64,000 bases of DNA, from assembly GCA_964035545.1 (NCBI GenBank), contig CAXIUT010000230.1:434001-498000 (forward strand). The letters are read 5' to 3'. Positions 14,396 through 30,430 of this stretch are shown here, piece by piece. The position numbers and the translations under genes are program-made. The notes under the pieces are model-generated. The model was not told where the DNA came from. It made no database searches and saw only the letters and a program-made list of their open reading frames with translations. Source of the DNA: Bugula neritina (taxonomy: Eukaryota > Animalia > Bryozoa). Positions within the stretch are counted from its first letter, which is position 1. The number at the start of each line of letters is the position of its first letter.

Positions 14396-17300
14396 ATATT
14401 GCAACATACTGAAGTACACTCCTACATACTGAAATATACTGCAACTCACTGCAACAAACTCCAACATACTAAAATACACTGTAACATATTGAAATACACT
14501 GCAACACATTGAAATATACTGCAAAATACTGAAATACACTGCTACACACTGAACTATACTGCAACACACGGCAACATACTGCAACATACTAAAATATACT
14601 GCAACATACTGAAATACACTGCAAAATACTGAAATACACTGTAACATACTGAAATATACTGCAACATACTGAAATATACTGCTACATACTGAAATATACT
14701 GCAACACACTGCAACATACTGCAACATACTAAAATACACTGTAACATAATGAAATACACTGCAACACATTGAAATATACTGCAAAATACTGAAATACACT
14801 GCTATATACTGAAATATACTGCAACACACTGCAACATACTGCAACATACTAAAATATACTGCAACATACTGAAATACACTGCAAAATACTGAAATACACT
14901 GTAACATACTGAAATATACTGCAACATACTGAAATACACTGCTACATACTGAAATATACGGCAACACACTGCAACATACTGAAACATACTAAAATACACT
15001 GTAACATACTGAAATACACTGCAAAATACTACAAAATTTTGAAATACACTGCAATACATTGAAATATACTGCAACATACCTAAATATACGGTAACATACT
15101 GAAATATACTGTAACACATTGAAAAATACTACAAAATACTGAAATACACTGCAACATACTACAACATACTGAAATACGTTGTAATACATTGAATATACTG
15201 CAAGATACCTAAATATGCGGTAATATACTGAAATAAACTATAACACATTGAAAATACTGCAACATATTGAAATACACTGCAACACACCGAAATATACTGC
15301 AAAATAAAACAACATACTGAAATACACTGTAACATATTGAAATACACTGTAACACATTGAAATATACTGCAACATACCGAGATATATTGTAAACTACTGA
15401 AATATACTGTAACACATTGAAAAATGCTGCAACATACTGAAATTTACTGCGACACATTGCAATATACTGTAACATACTGAAATATGCTGTAGCACACTGA
15501 AATACACTGCAACTCACTGAGATATACTGCAAAATACTGAAATACACTAAAACATATTGAAAAATACTGCAACATACTGAAATACACTGTAACATACTGA
15601 AATACACTGCAAAATACTACAACATATTGAAATACACTGCAACATACCTAAATATACGGTAAGAAACTGAAATATACTATAACACATTAAAAAGTACAGC
15701 AACATACTGAAAGATACTGTAACATAATGAAACACACTGCAACATACTGCATTATACTGACATACACTGGAACATAATGAAATACACTGCAACAAATTGA
15801 AGTATACTGCAACACACCGAAACATACGGCAACATACTGAAATATACTGCGACAGATTGAAATGTACAGCAACATACTGAAACATACTGCGACACATTGC
15901 AATATACTGCAACATACTGAAATACGCGGTAATATATTGAAATACACTGCAACACATTGAAATATACTGTAACTCGCTGAAATATAGTGTAATATACGGA
16001 AATGTACTGTAACATACTGGAATATACTGTAACACACTGAAGTATACTGCAACATACTGAAATGCAGTGCTACATACTGAAATATACTGCAACATACTGC
16101 AACATACTGAAATACACTGTAACATACTGAAATACACTGCAACATACTACAACATACTGAAATACACTGCTACATACTGAAATATACTACTACATACTGC
16201 AACATTTGGCAACATACTGAAATATACTGCGACACATTGCAGTATACTGAAACATACTGAAATATGCTGTAGCACACTGAAATACACTGCAACTCACTGA
16301 AATATACTGCAACATACTGAAATACACTGTGACATACTGAAATATACTGCGACATACTGCACCATACTGAAATACACTGTAACATACTGAAATACACTGC
16401 AACACATTGAAATATACTGCAAAATACTGAAATATACTGCTACATACTGAAATATACTGCAACACACTGCAACATACTGCAACATACTGAAATATACTGC
16501 GACACATTGCAATATATTCTAACATACTGAAATACAGTGCTACATACTGAAATATACTGCAACATACCGAAATACACTGTAACATGTTGAAATATACTGC
16601 AACATACCTAAATATACGGTAATATACCAAAATATACTGTAACATAATGAAAAATACTGCAACATACTGAAATACACTTCAACACACTGAAAAACACTGC
16701 AAAATACTGTAACACACTGAAATATACTGCAAAACACTGAAATACACTGCTACATACCGAAATATACTGCAACACAGTGCAACATACTGCAACATACTAA
16801 AATATACTGCAACATACTGAAATACACTGCAAAATACTGAAATACACTGTAACATACTGAAATACACTGCAAAATACTCCAACATACTGAAATACACTGC
16901 TACATACTGAAATATACTACTACATACTGCAACATTTGGCAACATACTGAAATATACTGCGACACATTGCAGTATACTGAAACATACTGAAATATGCTGT
17001 AGCACATTGAAACATACTGCAAAATACTGAAATACACTGCTACATACTGAAATATACTGCAACACACTGCAACATACTGCAACATACTGAAATATACTGC
17101 GACACATTGCAATATATTCTAACATACTGAAATACAGTGCTACATACCGAAATACACTGTAACATGTTGAAATATACTGCAACATACCTAAATATACGGT
17201 AATATACCAAAATATACTGTAACACATTGAAAAATACTGCAACATACTGAAATACACTGCAACCTCTGAAAAAAACACTGCAAAATACTGTAACACACTC

Positions 17301-19960
17301 AAATATACTGCAAGACACCGAAATACACTGCTACATACTGAAACATACTGCAACACACTGCAACATACTGCAACATACTAAAATATACTGCAACATACTG
17401 AAATACACTGCAAAATACTGAAATACACTGTAACATACTGAAATATACTGAAATACACTGGAACATATTGAAATACACTGCAACAAATTGAAGTATACTG
17501 CAACATACTGAAATACACTTCAACACACTGAAAAACACTGCAATATACTGTAACATACTGAAATATGCCGTAGCACACTGAAATACACTGCAACTCACTG
17601 AAATATACTGCAACATACTGAAATACACTGTAACATATTGAAATATACTGCAACATACTGAAATACAGTGCTACATACTGAAATATACTGCAACATACTG
17701 CACCATACTGAAATACACTGTAACATACTGAAATACACTGCAACATAATACAACATTTTGAAATACACTGCAACACATTGAAATATACTGCAACATACCT
17801 AAATATACGGTAATATACCAAAATATACTGTAACATAATGAAATATGCTGTAGCACATTGAAATACACTGCAACTCACTGAAATATACTGCAACATACTG
17901 AAACACAGTGCTACATACTGAAATATACTGCAACATACTGCAACATACTGAAATACACCCTAACATACTGAAATTCACTGCAACATACTACAACATTTTG
18001 AAATACACTGCAACACATTGAAATATACTGCAACATACCTAAATATACGGTAATATACCAAAATATACTGTAACATAATGAAAAATACTGCAACATACTG
18101 AAATACACTTCAACACACTGAAAAACACTGCAAAATACTGTAACACACTGAAATATACTGCAAAACACTGAAATACACTGCAACACATTAAAATATACTG
18201 CAACATACTGAAACATACTGCAACATACTGAAATATTGTGCGACACAATAAAATATACTGCAACATATTGAAATATACTGTAACATACTGCAACATACTA
18301 AAATACACTGCAACATACTGAAATACACTGCAAAATACTGAAATACACTGTAACATACTGAAATACACTGCAAAATACTCCAACATACTGAAATACACTG
18401 CTACATACTGAAATATACTACTACATACTGCAACATTTGGCAACATACTGAAATATACTGCGACACATTGCAGTATACTGAAACATACTGAAATATGCTG
18501 TAGCACACTGAAATACACTGCAACTCACTGAAATATACTGCAACATACTGAAATACACTGTGACATACTGAAATATACTGCGACGTACTGCACCATACTG
18601 AAATACACTGTAACATACTGAAATACACTGCAACACATTGAAATATACTGCAAAATACTGAAATACACTGCTACATACTGAAATATACTGCAACACACTG
18701 CAACATACGGCAACATACTGAAATATACTGCGACACATTGCAATATATTCTAACATACTGAAATACAGTGCTACATACTGAAATATACTGCAACATACCG
18801 AAATACACTGTAACATGTTGAAATATACTGCAACATACCTAAATATACGGTAATATACCAAAATATACTGTAACACATTGAAAAATACTGCAACATACTG
18901 AAATACACTGCAACCTCTGAAAAACACTGCAAAATACTGTAACACACTCAAATATACTGCAAAACACCGAAATACACTGCTACATACTGAAATATACTGC
19001 AACACATTGCAACATACTGCAACATACTAAAATATACTGCAACATACTGAAATACACTGCAAAATACTGAAATACACTGTAACATACTGAAATATACTGA
19101 AATACACTGGAACATATTGAAATACACTGCAACAAATTGAAGTATACTGCAACATACTGAAATACACTTCAACACACTGAAAAACACTGCAATATACTGT
19201 AACATACTGAAATATGCCGTAGCACACTGAAATACACTGCAACTCACTGAAATATACTGCAACATACTGAAATACACTGTAACATATTGAAATGTACTGC
19301 AACATACTGCAACATACTGAAATACACTGGAACATATTGAAATACACTGCAACAAATTGAAGTATACTGCAACACACTGAAACACACTGAAATACACCGC
19401 AAAACACTACAACATACTGAAACATACTGCAACATACTGAAATACACTACTACATACTGAAATATACTGCAACATACTGCACCATACTGAAATACACTGT
19501 AACATACTGAAATACACTGCAACATAATACAACATTTTGAAATACACTGCAACACATTGAAATATACTGCAACATACCTAAATATACGGTAATATACCAA
19601 AATATACTGTAACATAATGAAATATGCTGTAACACATTGAAATACACTGCAACTCACTGAAATATACTGCAACATACTGAAACACAGTGCTACATACTGA
19701 AATATACTGCAACATACTGCAACATAATGAAATACACTGTAACATACTGAAATTCACTGCAACATACTACAACATTTTGAAATACACTGCAACACATTGA
19801 AATATACTGCAACATACCTAAATATACGGTAATATACCAAAATATACTGTAACATAATGAAAAATACTGCAACATACTGAAATACACTTCAACACACTGA
19901 AAAACACTGCAAAATACTGTAACACACTGAAATATACTGCAAAACACTGAAATACACTGC
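14380..19960. repeat. Left macro-repeat, copy 3 (with internal 20-bp and 130-bp deletions)
   Basis: Offset to copy 1 is 13747 (807/14554, 2932/16679), then 13727 (3572/17299), then 13597 (4314/17911). The right part matches copy 2 at offset 7328 (11093/18421, 12362/19690). Boundaries are approximate. Confidence 0.88.
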
Positions 19961-21884
19961 TACATACCGAAATATACTGCAACACAGTGCAACATACTGC
20001 AACATACTAAAATATACTGCAACATACTGAAATACACTGCAAAATACTGAAATACACTGTAACATACTGAAATACACTGCAAAAAACTCCAACATACTGA
20101 AATACACTGCTACATACCGAAATATACTACTACATACTGCAACATTTGGCAACATACTGAAATATACTGCGACACATTGCAGTATACTGAAACATACTGA
20201 AATATGCTGTAGCACACTGAAATACACTGCAACTCACTGAAATATACTGCAACATACTGAAATACACTGTGACATACTGAAATATACTGCGACGTACTGC
20301 ACCATACTGAAATACACTGTAACATACTGAAATACACTGCAACACATTGAAATATACTGCAAAATACTGAAATACACTGCTACATACTGAAATATACTGC
20401 AACATACTGAAACACAGTGCTACATACTGAAATACACTGCAACATACTGCAACATACTGAAATACACTGTAACATACTGAAATTCACTGCAACATACTAC
20501 AACATTTTGAAATACACTGCAACACATTGAAATATACTGCAACATACCTAAATATACGGTAATATACCAAAATATACTGTAACATAATGAAAAATACTGC
20601 AACATACTGAAATACACTTCAACACACTGAAAAACACTGCAAAATACTGTAACACACTGAAATATACTGCAAAACACTGAAATACACTGCTACATACCGA
20701 AATATACTGTAACACAGTGCAACATACTGCAACATACTAAAATATACTGCAACATACTGAAATACACTGCAAAATACTGAAATACACTGTAACATACTGA
20801 AATACACTGCAAAATACTCCAACATACTGAAATACGCTGCTACATACTGAAATATACTACTACATACTGCAACATTTGGCAACATACTGAAATATACTGC
20901 GACACATTGCAGTATACTGAAACATACTGAAATATGCTGTAGCACACTGAAATACACTGCAACTCACTGAAATATACTGCAACATACTGAAATACACTGT
21001 GACATACTGAAATATACTGCGACGTACTGCACCATACTGAAATACACTGTAACATACTGAAATACACTGCAACACATTGAAACATACTGCAAAATACTGA
21101 AATACACTGCTACATACTGAAATATACTGCAACACACTGCAACATACGGCAACATACTGAAATATACTGCGACACATTGCAATATATTCTAACATACTGA
21201 AATACAGTGCTACATACTGAAATATACTGCAACATACCGAAATACACTGTAACATGTTGAAATATACTGCAACATACCTAAATATACGGTAATATACCAA
21301 AATATACTGTAACACATTGAAAAATACTGCAACATACTGAAATACACTGCAACCTCTGAAAAACACTGCAAAATACTGTAACACACTCAAATATACTGCA
21401 AAACACCGAAATACACTGCTACATACTGAAATATACTGCAACACACTGCAACATACTGCAACATACTAAAATATACTGCAACATACTGAAATACACTGCA
21501 AAATACTGAAATACACTGTAACATACTGAAATATACTGAAATACACTGGAACATATTGAAATACACTGCAACAAATTGAAGTATACTGCAACATACCTAA
21601 ATATACGGTAATATACCAAAATATACTGTAACATAATGAAATATGCTGTAGCACATTGAAATACACTGCAACTCACTGAAATATACTGCAACATACTGAA
21701 ACACAGTGCTACATACTGAAATACACTGCAACATACTGCAACATACTGAAATACACTGTAACATACTGAAATTCACTGCAACATACTACAACATTTTGAA
21801 ATACACTGCAACACATTGAAATATACTGCAACATACCTAAATATACGGTAATATACCAAAATATACTGTAACATAATGAAAAAT

Positions 21885-24800
21885 ACTGCAACATACTGAA
21901 AGATACTGTAACATAATGAAACACACTGCAACATACTGCATTATACTGACATACACTGGAACATAATGAAATACACTGCAACAAATTGAAGTATACTGCA
22001 ACACACCGAAACATACGGCAACATACTGAAATATACTGCGACAGATTGAAATGTACAGCAACATACTGAAACATACTGCGACACATTGCAATATACTGCA
22101 ACATACTGAAATACGCGGTAATATATTGAAATACACTGCAACACATTGAAATACACTGTAACTCGCTGAAATATAGTGTAATATACGGAAATGTACTGTA
22201 ACATACTGGAATATACTGTAACACACTGAAGTATACTGCAACATACTGAAATGCAGTGCTACATACTGAAATATACTGCAACATACTGCAACATACTGAA
22301 ATACACTGTAACATACTGAAATACACTGCAACATACTACAACATACTGAAATACACTGCTACATACTGAAATATACTACTACATACTGCAACATTTGGCA
22401 ACATACTGAAATATACTGCGACACATTGCAGTATACTGAAACATACTGAAATATGCTGTAGCACACTGAAATACACTGCAACTCACTGAAATATACTGCA
22501 ACATACTGAAATACACTGTGACATACTGAAATATACTGCGACATACTGCACCATACTGAAATACACTGTAACATACTGAAATACACTGCAACACATTGAA
22601 ATATACTGCAAAATACTGAAATATACTGCTACATACTGAAATATACTGCAACACACTGCAACATACTGCAACATACTGAAATATACTGCGACACATTGCA
22701 ATATATTCTAACATACTGAAATACAGTGCTACATACTGAAATATACTGCAACATACCGAAATACACTGTAACATGTTGAAATATACTGCAACATACCTAA
22801 ATATACGGTAATATACCAAAATACACTGTAACATAATGAAAAATACTGCAACATACTGAAATACACTTCAACACACTGAAAAACACTGCAAAATACTGTA
22901 ACACACTGAAATATACTGCAAAACACTGAAATACACTGCTACATACCGAAATATACTGCAACACAGTGCAACATACTGCAACATACTAAAATATACTGCA
23001 ACATACTGAAATACACTGCAAAATACTGAAATACACTGTAACATACTGAAATACACTGCAAAATACTCCAACATACTGAAATACACTGCTACATACTGAA
23101 ATATACTACTACATACTGCAACATTTGGCAACATACTGAAATATACTGCGACACATTGCAGTATACTGAAACATACTGAAATATGCTGTAGCACATTGAA
23201 ACATACTGCAAAATACTGAAATACACTGCTACATACTGAAATATACTGCAACACACTGCAACATACTGCAACATACTGAAATATACTGCGACACATTGCA
23301 ATATATTCTAACATACTGAAATACAGTGCTACATACTGAAATATACTGCAACATACCGAAATACACTGTAACATGTTGAAATATACTGCAACATACCTAA
23401 ATATACGGTAATATACCAAAATATACTGTAACACATTGAAAAATACTGCAACATACTGAAATACACTGCAACCTCTGAAAAAAACACTGCAAAATACTGT
23501 AACACACTCAAATATACTGCAAGACACCGAAATACACTGCTACATACTGAAACATACTGCAACACACTGCAACATACTGCAACATACTAAAATATACTGC
23601 AACATACTGAAATACACTGCAAAATACTGAAATACACTGTAACATACTGAAATATACTGAAATACACTGGAACATATTGAAATACACTGCAACAAATTGA
23701 AGTATACTGCAACATACTGAAATACACTTCAACACACTGAAAAACACTGCAATATACTGTAACATACTGAAATATGCCGTAGCACACTGAAATACACTGC
23801 AACTCACTGAAATATACTGCAACATACTGAAATACACTGTAACATATTGAAATGTACTGCAACATACTGCAACATACTGAAATACACTGGAACATATTGA
23901 AATACACTGCAACAAATTGAAGTATACTGCAACACACTGAAACACACTGAAATACACCGCAAAACACTACAACATACTGAAACATACTGCAACATACTGA
24001 AATACACTACTACATACTGAAATATACTGCAACATACTGCACCATACTGAAATACACTGTAACATACTGAAATACACTGCAACATAATACAACATTTTGA
24101 AATACACTGCAACACATTGAAATATACTGCAACATACCTAAATATACGGTAATATACCAAAATATACTGTAACATAATGAAATATGCTGTAGCACATTGA
24201 AATACACTGCAACTCACTGAAATATACTGCAACATACTGAAACACAGTGCTACATACTGAAATATACTGCAACATACTGCAACATACTGAAATACACCCT
24301 AACATACTGAAATTCACTGCAACATACTACAACATTTTGAAATACACTGCAACACATTGAAATATACTGCAACATACCTAAATATACGGTAATATACCAA
24401 AATATACTGTAACATAATGAAAAATACTGCAACATACTGAAATACACTTCAACACACTGAAAAACACTGCAAAATACTGTAACACACTGAAATATACTGC
24501 AAAACACTGAAATACACTGCAACACATTAAAATATACTGCAACATACTGAAACATACTGCAACATACTGAAATATTGTGCGACACAATAAAATATACTGC
24601 AACATATTGAAATATACTGTAACATACTGCAACATACTAAAATACACTGCAACATACTGAAATACACTGCAAAATACTGAAATACACTGTAACATACTGA
24701 AATACACTGCAAAATACTCCAACATACTGAAATACACTGCTACATACTGAAATATACTACTACATACTGCAACATTTGGCAACATACTGAAATATACTGC

Positions 24801-25510
24801 GACACATTGCAGTATACTGAAACATACTGAAATATGCTGTAGCACACTGAAATACACTGCAACTCACTGAAATATACTGCAACATACTGAAATACACTGT
24901 GACATACTGAAATATACTGCGACGTACTGCACCATACTGAAATACACTGTAACATACTGAAATACACTGCAACACATTGAAATATACTGCAAAATACTGA
25001 AATACACTGCTACATACTGAAATATACTGCAACACACTGCAACATACGGCAACATACTGAAATATACTGCGACACATTGCAATATATTCTAACATACTGA
25101 AATACAGTGCTACATACTGAAATATACTGCAACATACCGAAATACACTGTAACATGTTGAAATATACTGCAACATACCTAAATATACGGTAATATACCAA
25201 AATATACTGTAACACATTGAAAAATACTGCAACATACTGAAATACACTGCAACCTCTGAAAAACACTGCAAAATACTGTAACACACTCAAATATACTGCA
25301 AAACACCGAAATACACTGCTACATACTGAAATATACTGCAACACATTGCAACATACTGCAACATACTAAAATATACTGCAACATACTGAAATACACTGCA
25401 AAATACTGAAATACACTGTAACATACTGAAATATACTGAAATACACTGGAACATATTGAAATACACTGCAACAAATTGAAGTATACTGCAACATACTGAA
25501 ATACACTTCA
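21885..25510. repeat. Left macro-repeat, partial copy 4
   Basis: Offset 19936 to copy 1 (2005/21941, 2932/22868, 4314/24250) and 13667 to copy 2 (11093/24760). Boundaries are approximate. Confidence 0.87.
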
Positions 25511-28500
25511 ACACACTGAAATATACTGCAACATACTGAAATACACTGTGACATACTGAAATATACTGCGACGTACTGCACCATACTGAAATACACTGTA
25601 ACATACTGAAATACACTGCAACACATTGAAATATACTGCAAAATACTGAAATACACTGCTACATACTGAAATATACTGCAACATACTGAAACACAGTGCT
25701 ACATACTGAAATACACTGCAACATACTGCAACATACTGAAATACACTGTAACATACTGAAATTCACTGCAACATACTACAACATTTTGAAATACACTGCA
25801 ACACATTGAAATATACTGCAACATACCTAAATATACGGTAATATACCAAAATATACTGTAACATAATGAAAAATACTGCAACATACTGAAATACACTTCA
25901 ACACACTGAAAAACACTGCAAAATACTGTAACACACTGAAATATACTGCAAAACACTGAAATACACTGCTACATACCGAAATATACTGTAACACAGTGCA
26001 ACATACTGCAACATACTAAAATATACTGCAACATACTGAAATACACTGCAAAATACTGAAATACACTGTAACATACTGAAATACACTGCAAAATACTCCA
26101 ACATACTGAAATACGCTGCTACATACTGAAATATACTACTACATACTGCAACATTTGGCAACATACTGAAATATACTGCGACACATTGCAGTATACTGAA
26201 ACATACTGAAATATGCTGTAGCACACTGAAATACACTGCAACTCACTGAAATATACTGCAACATACTGAAATACACTGTGACATACTGAAATATACTGCG
26301 ACGTACTGCACCATACTGAAATACACTGTAACATACTGAAATACACTGCAACACATTGAAACATACTGCAAAATACTGAAATACACTGCTACATACTGAA
26401 ATATACTGCAACACACTGCAACATACGGCAACATACTGAAATATACTGCGACACATTGCAATATATTCTAACATACTGAAATACAGTGCTACATACTGAA
26501 ATATACTGCAACATACCGAAATACACTGTAACATGTTGAAATATACTGCAACATACCTAAATATACGGTAATATACCAAAATATACTGTAACACATTGAA
26601 AAATACTGCAACATACTGAAATACACTGCAACCTCTGAAAAACACTGCAAAATACTGTAACACACTCAAATATACTGCAAAACACCGAAATACACTGCTA
26701 CATACTGAAATATACTGCAACACACTGCAACATACTGCAACATACTAAAATATACTGCAACATACTGAAATACACTGCAAAATACTGAAATACACTGTAA
26801 CATACTGAAATATACTGAAATACACTGGAACATATTGAAATACACTGCAACAAATTGAAGTATACTGCAACATACCTAAATATACGGTAATATACCAAAA
26901 TATACTGTAACATAATGAAATATGCTGTAGCACATTGAAATACACTGCAACTCACTGAAATATACTGCAACATACTGAAACACAGTGCTACATACTGAAA
27001 TACACTGCAACATACTGCAACATACTGAAATACACTGTAACATACTGAAATTCACTGCAACATACTACAACATTTTGAAATACACTGCAACACATTGAAA
27101 TATACTGCAACATACCTAAATATACGGTAATATACCAAAATATACTGTAACATAATGAAAAATACTGCAACATACTGAAATACACTTCAACACACTGAAA
27201 AACACTGCAAAATACTGTAACACACTGAAATATACTGCAAAACACTGAAATACACTGCTACATACCGAAATATACTGCAACACAGTGCAACATACTGCAA
27301 CATACTAAAATATACTGCAACATACTGAAATACACTCCAAAATACTGAAATACACTGTAACATACTGAAATACACTGCAAAATACTCCAACATACTGAAA
27401 TACACTGCTACATACTGAAATATACTACTACATACTGCAACATTTGGCAACATACTGAAATATACTGCGACACATTGCAGTATACTGAAACATACTGAAA
27501 TATGCTGTAGCACACTGAAATACACTGCAACTCACTGAAATATACTGCAACATACTGAAATACACTGTGACATACTGAAATATACTGCGACGTACTGCAC
27601 CATACTGAAATACACTGTAACATACTGAAATACACTGCAACACATTGAAACATACTACAAAATACTGAAAAACACTGCTACATACTGAAATATACTGCAA
27701 CACACTGCAACATACGGCAACATACTGAAATATACTGCGACACATTGCAATATATTCTAACATACTGAAATACAGTGCTACATACTGAAATATACTGCAA
27801 CATACCGAAATACACTGTAACATGTTGAAATATACTGCAACATACCTAAATATACGGTAATATACCAAAATATACTGTAACACATTGAAAAATACTGCAA
27901 CATACTGAAATACACTGCAACCTCTGAAAAACACTGCAAAATACTGTAACACACTCAAATATACTGCAAAACACCGAAATACACTGCTACATACTGAAAT
28001 ATACTGCAACACACTGCAACATACTGCAACATACTAAAATATACTGCAACATACTGAAATACACTGCAAAATACTGAAATACACTGTAACATACTGAAAT
28101 ATACTGAAATACACTGGAACATATTGAAATACACTGCAACAAATTGAAGTATACTGCAACATACTGAAATACACTTCAACACACTGAAAAACACTGCAAT
28201 ATACTGTAACATACTGAAATATGCCGTAGCACACTGAAATACACTGCAACTCACTGAAATATACTGCAACATACTGCAACATACTGAAATACACTTCAAC
28301 ACACTGAAAAACACTGCAAAATACTGTAACACACTGAAATATACTGCAAAACACTGAAATACACTGCTACATACCGAAATATACTGCAACACAGTGCAAC
28401 ATACTGCAACATACTAAAATATACTGCAACATACTGAAATACACTGCAAAATACTGAAATACACTGTAACATACTGAAATACACTGCAAAATACTCCAAC

Positions 28501-30430
28501 ATACTGAAATACACTGCTACATACTGAAATATACTACTACATACTGCAACATTTGGCAACATACTGAAATATACTGCTACACATTGCAGTATACTGAAAC
28601 ATACTGAAATATGCTGTAGCACACTGAAATACACTGCAACTCACTGAAATATACTGCAACATACTGAAATACACTGTGACATACTGAAATATACTGCGAC
28701 ATACTGCACCATACTGAAATACACTGTAACATACTGAAATACACTGCAACCTCTGAAAAACACTGCAAAATACTGTAACACACTCAAATATACTGCAAAA
28801 CACCGAAATACACTGCTACATACTGAAATATACTGCAACACACTGCAACATACTGCAACATACTAAAATATACTGCAACATACTGAAATACACTGCAAAA
28901 TACTGAAATACACTGTAACATACTGAAATATACTGAAATACACTGGAACATATTGAAATACACTGCAACAAATTGAAGTATACTGCAACATACTGAAATA
29001 CACTTCAACACACTGAAAAACACTGCAATATACTGTAACATACTGAAATATGCCGTAGCACACTGAAATACACTGCAACTCACTGAAATATACTGCAACA
29101 TACTGAAATACACTGTAACATATTGAAATGTACTGCAACATACTGCAACATACTGAAATACACTGGAACATATTGAAATACACTGCAACAAATTGAAGTA
29201 TACTGCAACACACTGAAACACACTGAAATACACCGCAAAACACTACAACATACTGAAACATACTGCAACATACTGAAATACACTACTACATACTGAAATA
29301 TACTGCAACATACTGCACCATACTGAAATACACTGTAACATACTGAAATACACTGCAACATAATACAACATTTTGAAATACACTGCAACACATTGAAATA
29401 TACTGCAACATACCTAAATATACGGTAATATACCAAAATATACTGTAACATAATGAAATATGCTGTAGCACATTGAAATACACTGCAACTCACTGAAATA
29501 TACTGCAACATACTGAAACACAGTGCTACATACTGAAATATACTGCAACATACTGCAACATAATGAAATACACTGTAACATACTGAAATTCACTGCAACA
29601 TACTACAACATTTTGAAATACACTGCAACACATTGAAATATACTGCAACATACCTAAATATACGGTAATATACCAAAATATACTGTAACATAATGAAAAA
29701 TACTGCAACATACTGAAATACACTTCAACACACTGAAAAACACTGCAAAATACTGTAACACACTGAAATATACTGCAAAACACTGAAATACACTGCTACA
29801 TACCGAAATATACTGCAACACAGTGCAACATACTGCAACATACTAAAATATACTGCAACATACTGAAATACACTGCAAAATACTGAAATACACTGTAACA
29901 TACTGAAATACACTGCAAAAAACTCCAACATACTGAAATACACTGCTACATACTGAAATATACTACTACATACTGCAACATTTGGCAACATACTGAAATA
30001 TACTGCGACACATTGCAGTATACTGAAACATACTGAAATATGCTGTAGCACACTGAAATACACTGCAACTCACTGAAATATACTGCAACATACTGAAATA
30101 CACTGTGACATACTGAAATATACTGCGACGTACTGCACCATACTGAAATACACTGTAACATACTGAAATACACTGCAACACATTGAAATATACTGCAAAA
30201 TACTGAAATACACTGCTACATACTGAAATATACTGCAACATACTGAAACACAGTGCTACATACTGAAATACACTGCAACATACTGCAACATACTGAAATA
30301 CACTGTAACATACTGAAATTCACTGCAACATACTACAACATTTTGAAATACACTGCAACACATTGAAATATACTGCAACATACCTAAATATACGGTAATA
30401 TACCAAAATATACTGTAACATAATGAAAAA

